Shown: positions 26,281 through 32,000 of the stretch, one piece after another
Layout of the letters: every line of letters begins with the position of its first letter
Position numbering within the stretch: position 1 is the stretch's first letter
Source of the DNA: Candidatus Methylomirabilis limnetica
GTDB lineage: Bacteria > Methylomirabilota > Methylomirabilia > Methylomirabilales > Methylomirabilaceae
Length of the DNA stretch: 32,000 nucleotides
Direction: 5' to 3'
Assembly (NCBI RefSeq): GCF_003044035.1
Contig: NZ_NVQC01000017.1
Location: 30,001-62,000, forward strand
Notes under the pieces: generated by a model
What the model was told of the DNA's origin: nothing
Seen by the model: only the letters and a program-made list of their open reading frames with translations
Database searches by the model: none
Made by a program: the position numbers and the translations under genes

Positions 26281-26837
26281 ACTTTCGAAGCAATGACGTC
26301 CATTGTTGCACCTTACGATACTATGCATAATACGGGATATATCAGCGATAGTTTATCGACTTTGCTGTCCTCATGCTCCTCCCGGACTAAGGCCATGTCA
26401 AACTATTTTTACATTCCTGTTGGTTGCGTGTGAAGTGTCTGTGTGCTGTAATTGGTCCTTGCCTCCCTACTGGAGCGGGCCATAAAGGGATAAGTGGTGA
26501 GCCTACGAACCATTGATGCGAAAGGTAAGTGAGTCCCAGGAGCAGGAGATCTTCGAGAGTTCAGGCTGAACAGATAGCTGTGCGATTCATTGTCCATTAC
26601 TTATGCAAGCGCCAATAGTCAGCAGAGTCATGGTCCTGTGACACCCCTGCACATGGCATCTGCCATCATGTTTGTACGATCTTCCGGGGCATGTAGGGGG
26701 TCGGGATAGGATAGAGGTTGAAGGCGAGACCTGACCCTCTTCACGCGGGATGAGCAGAGCGAAACGACCCGTATCAGTAGGATGGCCGATCAGGGATGGA
26801 CAGGCTCAACGAACCGGTCGATGGCGGTCTAAGGGCA

Positions 26838-27278
26838 TTACGGCGTCGGCAGATAGTCGCGTAGCTGCAGGATACGGAGGCCAGGCACTGGCGGAAGATC
26901 CCTGTCGTTCGTTAGGAAGGCCGTACAATGCGCACTCAATGCGGCTGCGAGTTGGAGGGCATCCGGCGTTTTCATCCGAAGACCGGCTCGAATCTGTGCG
27001 GCAGTACGGATGACGGAGCGACGAAGCTCAACGAGGCGGATGCCCCGGCTCCGGGTCAAGATCGCCTCGTAGCGCTCAGCCAGCGGAATATCGCTGGTAC
27101 GATACGGACTCACCAGTGTCTCAAGCAACGTCACATCAGAGGTGACACCCTCGAGCGCTCCGGTATCAATAGCGACAAAGACAGGCTCAAGCAAGGGGAG
27201 AAACCGTGGATCTTCTTCGATGAAGTAAATGAAAATGACAGTGTCGAGTCCTACAGGGCCATCCCCGATATCATTCAT
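26838..27278 (-). CDS. vapC: PIN-domain toxin VapC
   Basis: ATG at 27278 overlaps the vapB stop (ATGA). LDTVIFIYFIE (first acidic residue), ..LLETLV.., TPDALQLAAAL, AFLTNDRDL are PIN acidic-residue contexts. Confidence 0.85.
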   Translation of the reverse strand: MNDIGDGPVGLDTVIFIYFIEEDPRFLPLLEPVFVAIDTGALEGVTSDVTLLETLVSPYRTSDIPLAERYEAILTRSRGIRLVELRRSVIRTAAQIRAGLRMKTPDALQLAAALSAHCTAFLTNDRDLPPVPGLRILQLRDYLPTP

Positions 27279-27508
27279 CAATCCCAAGAACGGCGCTCCT
27301 GCTCCACGAAGGCGACCGCTTCTAGGCCACGCCAGCGCTCCTTGCCAAGACCCTTCAGGTCGAGGATCGAGAGAGGGGTAGGTTCTTCAGTGGCCTGAGT
27401 CAGGATCTGGATGACCTCTTGAGCCAATGACCGCCGATCGCGCTTGGCGCACGCCCGGAGCTTTTTATAAAGCGAGTCCGGCAGATTCTTGACATTCAGT
27501 GTAGCCAT
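27278..27508 (-). CDS. vapB: ribbon-helix-helix antitoxin VapB (FitA/Arc-like)
   Basis: 76 aa. MATLNVKNLPDSLYKKLRACAKRDRRSLAQEVIQIL is the RHH pattern. AAGGAGGAGA SD upstream. Confidence 0.8.
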   Translation of the reverse strand: MATLNVKNLPDSLYKKLRACAKRDRRSLAQEVIQILTQATEEPTPLSILDLKGLGKERWRGLEAVAFVEQERRSWD

Positions 27509-27537
27509 TATCTCCTCCTTTCCTCCATTGTTCTTCC

Positions 27538-27566
27538 ATTATGGAGGAAGCAATATAAGATGTCAA
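27538..27566 (-). promoter_or_regulatory. sigma70-type promoter of vapBC with overlapping imperfect inverted repeat
   Basis: Minus strand: TTGACA (27566..27561), 17 nt, CATAAT (27543..27538). TTCCTCC-ATAAT-GGAAGAA spans the -10 element. Confidence 0.5.
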
Positions 27567-27635
27567 TCCTCTGAAGGAAAACTAATTTAGTAACTACTCA
27601 GCGAACCGGTGTGGGGTTTCGGATCCCCACGATGT

Positions 27636-28967
27636 TCACGTCAGACTAGGCAGGTCGCGGAGGGCGCGGGCAACCATGGCCTGCCGCCTTTCGCGCTTGG
27701 CCCGAACTGGCGTATCGAGGGGCGGGAGCAGGCCGAAGTTCACATTCATCGGCTGGAAGGCGTGGGGGTCGGCGTGGCATATGTGATGGATGAGGGACCC
27801 GAGGGCGGTCGTCGGAGGGAGCGCGACCGGGGCCTCACCTCGCAGAAGTCTGGCCGCATTGATCCCGGCCAAGAGTCCGCTTCCGGCCGATTCCAGGTAC
27901 CCCTCCACGCCAGTGAGCTGTCCAGCCAGGAAGATCCCCGGATCGCCTTTATACTGCATCGTCTCCTGAAGCAGCGCCGGCGCGGCAATGAAAGTGTTGC
28001 GATGGATCGACCCGTATCGGAGGAACTCGGCGCTGCTGAGACCGGGAATCGTTCGGAGTATACGGCGCTGCTCGTCCCACTTCAGGCGGGTCTGAAACCC
28101 CACCATGTTATACATCGTCCCTTCCCGGTTCTCCATCCGGAGCTGCATAACGGCGTAGGGCTGGCGTTGGGTCACGGGATCGATCAGGCCCACCGGTTTC
28201 ATCGGTCCGAACCGTAACGTGTCCTCGCCACGAGCCGCCAGTACCTCGATGGGGAGACACCCTTCAAAGTATCGCGCCTCTTCGAACGGGCGGATCGGTG
28301 CCAGTTCCGCGTCCAGGATCGACTGCCAGAAGAGGCGATACTCCTCTCGGGTCATCGGGCAATTCAGGTAGTCGTCCCCCCCCTTGTCGTAGCGGGAGGC
28401 GGCAAACGCCACGGTACGATCGATAGAATCCCCAGCGATGATCGGCGAGATGGCGTCATAGAAGTAGAGCAGATCCCGCGTATTGGCAGACGGGTCTGCT
28501 GATGCCAGAAAGTCCACGAACCGATCACGCAGCACGCCGGCCAGCCGGTCGGAGGTCAGTGGACCAGTGGCGATAATCACCGGCTTCTCCTCCGGTATCG
28601 CCTTGATCTCCTCCCGAACGATGGTAATGCCTGGATGTTGCGCAAGCCGTGCGGTCACCTCGGCAGCAAAGGCATCACGATCAACAGCCAGGGCCGATCC
28701 CGCCGGGATGGCGTGTGCCCTGGCGGCAGCCATGATGACCGACCCATACGAGGTGAGTTCCCGTTTCAGCAGGCCGTGGCAATCATCCGGCGAATCAGAC
28801 TTCAGGGAGTTGCTGCACACCAACTCGGCCAGCCGGTCGGTCTTGTGGGCAGGGGTGGAACTCACCGGCCGCATCTCGTAGAGGCGCACACTGGCGCCCC
28901 GCTCCGCCGCCTGCCAGGCCGCTTCGCTTCCGGCTAGACCTCCACCAACTACGACAACATCGATCAC
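27636..28967 (-). CDS. trmFO: methylenetetrahydrofolate--tRNA-(uracil-5-)-methyltransferase TrmFO (Gid)
   Basis: I prefer the GTG at 28967, which overlaps the topA TGA (GTGA), giving (M)[20 protein letters not shown]... about 443 aa. The 100 extra N-terminal residues in the track overlap topA. CSNSLK and GQLTGVEGY motifs are present. Confidence 0.9.
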   Translation of the reverse strand: MIDVVVVGGGLAGSEAAWQAAERGASVRLYEMRPVSSTPAHKTDRLAELVCSNSLKSDSPDDCHGLLKRELTSYGSVIMAAARAHAIPAGSALAVDRDAFAAEVTARLAQHPGITIVREEIKAIPEEKPVIIATGPLTSDRLAGVLRDRFVDFLASADPSANTRDLLYFYDAISPIIAGDSIDRTVAFAASRYDKGGDDYLNCPMTREEYRLFWQSILDAELAPIRPFEEARYFEGCLPIEVLAARGEDTLRFGPMKPVGLIDPVTQRQPYAVMQLRMENREGTMYNMVGFQTRLKWDEQRRILRTIPGLSSAEFLRYGSIHRNTFIAAPALLQETMQYKGDPGIFLAGQLTGVEGYLESAGSGLLAGINAARLLRGEAPVALPPTTALGSLIHHICHADPHAFQPMNVNFGLLPPLDTPVRAKRERRQAMVARALRDLPSLT

Positions 28968-31441
28968 GCGTTCGCCTTTACCGCCGCATCGGTCTCCCGT
29001 ACGTAGGCACATCCTTCGGTCACACAACGGATCGAGACCCCGCCGCCCTTCAGCTTCTTCTCTGCCAGGAATGCGGCCCCGCACCGTGGGCAGGGTTCCT
29101 GGACCGGACGATCCCATAGGGCAAAGGCGCACTTGGGATACGCGGTGCACCCATAGAAGACTCGGCCCCGTTTGGTGCGTCGCTCCGAGAGAGGGCTCGT
29201 GCATTGCGGACAGTTGACCCCAATAGAGATGGGCCGTATGTTCTTGCAGGTCGGGTAGCTCCCGCACGAAAGGAAGCGGCCGAATCGCCCCTCCCGCAGC
29301 ACCATCGGGTTACCGCACTTGTCACAGACCTCATTAGTCGGCTGCGGCGCAGGCCGCGCACTCGAAGCCTCCGTCTGCGAGAGCTTCCGGATTGTTTTAC
29401 ACTCAGGGTATCCGGAGCAACCCAGGAAGGCTCCAAATCTACCGCGCTTCATCACCATAGGCCGTCCGCAGTTGTCGCATGGTTCTGCCTTGGCCTCGCC
29501 GGAGGCGTTAACCTCATCCTCGATCCCGTTCTCCTCTTTGAGCTCTGGCGGCAATTCGCGGGTTCCCTTGCACTCAGGGTAATTGGTGCAGGCCAGGAAG
29601 CGGCCGAACCGGCCCCAGCGAATCACCATCTTATTGCCGCACCGCTCGCAGATCTCGTCGGTCTTTTCCTCCATCGCCTTGATATTCCGCATTCCGACTG
29701 CGGCTTCCTTCACCCATTGGGAAAAGGGCCCATAGAAGCGATGCATCTCCTCAATCCAGTTCTTCTGCCCCTCTTCGATCTCATCCAGGGTGGTCTCCAT
29801 CCTGGCCGTGAACTCATAGTCCATCACATGAGGGAAGCTTTCCACCAACAGATCGACGACGATCCCGCCGAGCTCAGTGGGCCGGAATTTACCCTGCGCC
29901 TTCACCACATAGTCGCGGTTCTGGATGACACTCAGGATGGCCGCGTAGGTGCTGGGGCGTCCGATCCCCTGTTCCTCCAACTCCTTCACCAGGGTCGCCT
30001 CTGTGTAGCGGGGCAGCGGCTGCGTAAAGTGCTGGGCAGGGGTCACATCGAGCAACCGCAACTGTTCCCCAACCTCGAGAGGAGGTATCGCTAATTCGGC
30101 CTCTTCCTCGACGGCCGTCTCTTCAGCCGTTTCGTCCTTGGCCTCCGCCGGCTTGGTCTCTGACGCCTCATCCTTCCCCTCGATGTAGACCTGCATGAAT
30201 CCGGCGAACCGCTGGTGCCGACCGCTTGCCCGAAGCGTGAACCGCCCACCCTGGATCGTAACAGTGGTTACGTCGTAGAGAGCCGGCGGCATCTGAGACG
30301 CAACGAAGCGGTTCCAGATCAGGCTGTAGAGGGCGAGTTGATCCTTCGTAAGAAACCTACGGAGCGATGCCGGATCCCGATAGACTGAGGTCGGGCGAAC
30401 CGCTTCGTGGGCTTCCTGGGCGCCACGGCCGCTGCGGTAGACCGGGGGCCGCTCGGGCACAAACGCCTGACCGAACCGTTCGGAGATATAGCGGGCCGCC
30501 TCGGCCTGGGCTTCTCCAGAGACGCGGACCGAGTCAGTCCGCATGTAGGTGATAAGACCAACGGCGCCCTCCTCTCCGATCTCGATCCCTTCGTAGAGTT
30601 GTTGAGCGATCTGCATCGCCCGCTTAGCTGTGAAGCGAAGCTTTCGGACGGATTCCTGCTGCAGCTTACTGGTCGTAAACGGCGGGACCGGGTTGCGACG
30701 CTTCTCTTTCCTGGTCAGGTCCGCTACCTGATAGCTGACAGATGATAGCTGATCGCTAACAGCGTCGGTCTCCTCCTGATTAGACAGGTTCACCCGTTCG
30801 CCGTCGATCTTATGGAGCCTTGCCACGAACGGCGGGGGGGTACGGCCTGCCAGGGAGACATCGACCGACCAGTACTCGGCCTTGACGAACGCCCTGATCT
30901 CTCGATCTCGATCAACGATGAGACGAAGGGCTACCGACTGAACTCGGCCGGCAGAAATGCCGCGCTTCACCTTGTCCCAGAGGATCGGACTAATCTGGTA
31001 GCCAACCAGACGATCCAGAATCCTTCTGGTCTGTTGGGCATCCACCAGCCGCTGGTCTATTATGGACGGATGATTGAACGCCTCCTGCACCGCGTGCTTC
31101 GTAATCTCGTTGAAGGTCACGCGGTGGACAGGTTTCTTGGTAGCGCCAAGCTCCTGCTTGAGATGCCAGCAGATAGCCTCTCCCTCCCGATCCGGATCGG
31201 CCGCAAGATAGATGGCGTCAGCCGTCTTGGCCGCCTTCTTCAGGGCCGATACGACCTTCTCTCTGCCCACAATGATCTCGTACTGCGGGGCGAAGTCGTG
31301 CTCTACGTCAACGCTCAGCGACTTAGCGGGCAGATCGCGGACATGGCCCATCGAGGCCGTCACGACGAACGCCTCCCCGAGATATTTACCGATCGTTTTG
31401 GCCTTTGCAGGCGACTCGACAATCACTAATGACTTAGGCAC
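28964..31441 (-). CDS. topA: DNA topoisomerase I
   Basis: 825 aa, GTG start with AAGGAGGAA SD. Toprim [18 protein letters not shown]. Active-site region [10 protein letters not shown]. Four C-terminal C4 zinc ribbons (CxxCG...C..YPxC). Confidence 0.96.
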   Translation of the reverse strand: MPKSLVIVESPAKAKTIGKYLGEAFVVTASMGHVRDLPAKSLSVDVEHDFAPQYEIIVGREKVVSALKKAAKTADAIYLAADPDREGEAICWHLKQELGATKKPVHRVTFNEITKHAVQEAFNHPSIIDQRLVDAQQTRRILDRLVGYQISPILWDKVKRGISAGRVQSVALRLIVDRDREIRAFVKAEYWSVDVSLAGRTPPPFVARLHKIDGERVNLSNQEETDAVSDQLSSVSYQVADLTRKEKRRNPVPPFTTSKLQQESVRKLRFTAKRAMQIAQQLYEGIEIGEEGAVGLITYMRTDSVRVSGEAQAEAARYISERFGQAFVPERPPVYRSGRGAQEAHEAVRPTSVYRDPASLRRFLTKDQLALYSLIWNRFVASQMPPALYDVTTVTIQGGRFTLRASGRHQRFAGFMQVYIEGKDEASETKPAEAKDETAEETAVEEEAELAIPPLEVGEQLRLLDVTPAQHFTQPLPRYTEATLVKELEEQGIGRPSTYAAILSVIQNRDYVVKAQGKFRPTELGGIVVDLLVESFPHVMDYEFTARMETTLDEIEEGQKNWIEEMHRFYGPFSQWVKEAAVGMRNIKAMEEKTDEICERCGNKMVIRWGRFGRFLACTNYPECKGTRELPPELKEENGIEDEVNASGEAKAEPCDNCGRPMVMKRGRFGAFLGCSGYPECKTIRKLSQTEASSARPAPQPTNEVCDKCGNPMVLREGRFGRFLSCGSYPTCKNIRPISIGVNCPQCTSPLSERRTKRGRVFYGCTAYPKCAFALWDRPVQEPCPRCGAAFLAEKKLKGGGVSIRCVTEGCAYVRETDAAVKANA

Positions 31442-31466
31442 GCTCTGTTGTTCCTCCTTAAAGACT

Positions 31467-31529
31467 AGGGTAGAGGGTATAGGGTTTAGGGTAAAGGATT
31501 ACGTAGGCGCCCCCTATACCCTCTACCCT
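31467..31529. repeat. perfect 18-bp inverted repeat built of GGG-N4 units, immediately upstream of the topA ribosome-binding site
   Basis: AGGGTAGAGGGTATAGGG (31467..31484), 27 nt, CCCTATACCCTCTACCCT (31512..31529). The plus strand has GGGtagaGGGtataGGGtttaGGG at 31468..31491. The C-rich arm extends into the dprA stop. Confidence 0.85.
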
Positions 31530-31541
31530 GTACCCTAGATC

Positions 31542-32000
31542 CTATACCCTAGACCCTGCCCCGTGCGGGGGCCTGAGCCGCTTCGCAAAACTTTTCCCTG
31601 GTAGCTCCTCAATCATGCCCTTCAGCATCAGTGACAGCAGCAGTGAGGCCATCTGTCCGGCCGGAAGCTGAGTCCGGCCGATCAGGTCATCGATCTGCAT
31701 GGGCCCGGCCTCCATGGCATCAATGATCAGGATCTCTTCCTGCGCAAGGGAACGGCTGACAGGGGTCGGATCTCGCACGACCTGCGATCCAGGAGTCATC
31801 TGTAGCTCAATCTCCTCCAAGATATCCTCCCAGCCTTCCGTCAGTTTCGCACCCGCCTTGATAAGCTGGTGGCACCCGCGACTGGATCGGGATGTAACCT
31901 GCCCGGGAACAGCGAAGACTTCACGCCCCTGCTCTAGCGCGTAGTTAGCCGTTATCATAGCCCCGCTCTTCAGTCCGGCTTCAATCACCACTATACCGCG
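31542..32000 (-). CDS. dprA: DNA processing protein DprA (C-terminal part; 5' end outside the window)
   Basis: ..VIEAGLKSGAMITANYALEQGREVFAVPGQVTSRSSRGCHQLIKAGAKL.. is the DprA Rossmann-fold end, followed by a C-terminal winged helix. The frame is open to position 32000. Confidence 0.85.
   Translation of the reverse strand, partial: RGIVVIEAGLKSGAMITANYALEQGREVFAVPGQVTSRSSRGCHQLIKAGAKLTEGWEDILEEIELQMTPGSQVVRDPTPVSRSLAQEEILIIDAMEAGPMQIDDLIGRTQLPAGQMASLLLSLMLKGMIEELPGKSFAKRLRPPHGAGSRV

Noticed and set aside
26099-26296. Short ORFs within REP elements (26099..26296, 26110..26328, 20828..21082, 20847..21044).
   Set aside because: Their sequences (for example ..PLKGGGVRMRRAFPPTRGKVRMGG) are direct translations of palindromic repeats and exist on both strands symmetrically.
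28968-29267. The 100-residue N-terminal extension of trmFO, and similar long-ORF extensions of the ATP-grasp gene (6255..6353), argG (16186..16224), the antitoxin (23253..23321) and the IPTL gene (25615..25788).
   Set aside because: The extensions overlap upstream genes or repeats and lack homology. Downstream starts have SD sequences, 4-nt stop/start overlaps and canonical N-termini (GxGxxG, signal peptide).

Overview
High-GC bacterial chromosome segment, not assignable to a taxon from sequence alone; the repeat content resembles uncultured environmental lineages. Almost all genes lie on the minus strand. The core is a conserved housekeeping block: dprA(partial)-topA-trmFO // xerC-hslV-hslU-argB-argD-argF-argG-argH-lipoprotein. 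A plus-strand trio follows (decayed DUF4160 gene, DUF2442, alternative-oxidase-like di-iron protein). Next, on the minus strand, come selB-tatA-ugd, an ATP-grasp ligase / PLP-decarboxylase pair, a TonB-dependent receptor and a partial histidine kinase. The most unusual region is a ~5 kb accessory islet (22.6-27.6 kb) wedged between trmFO and xerC. It holds a Phd/RelE module whose toxin has an in-frame TGA, and an exosortase-family gene (XrtH-like). Next to that gene is a substrate ending in an IPTLxxWG-CTERM signal, built from three near-identical 54-aa repeats. An overlapping gene encodes a membrane protein ending in a SecA-type SEC-C zinc motif. The islet also has a ~1.05 kb stretch without a credible ORF and an intact vapBC pair with a textbook promoter. 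The window is saturated with at least five families of palindromic REP/MITE-like elements. They sit at operon junctions, supply the C-terminal codons or stop codons of several genes, and one carries a 12-bp target-site duplication. No tRNA, rRNA or CRISPR array was recognised. All protein calls rest on motif recognition by eye, not database searches.
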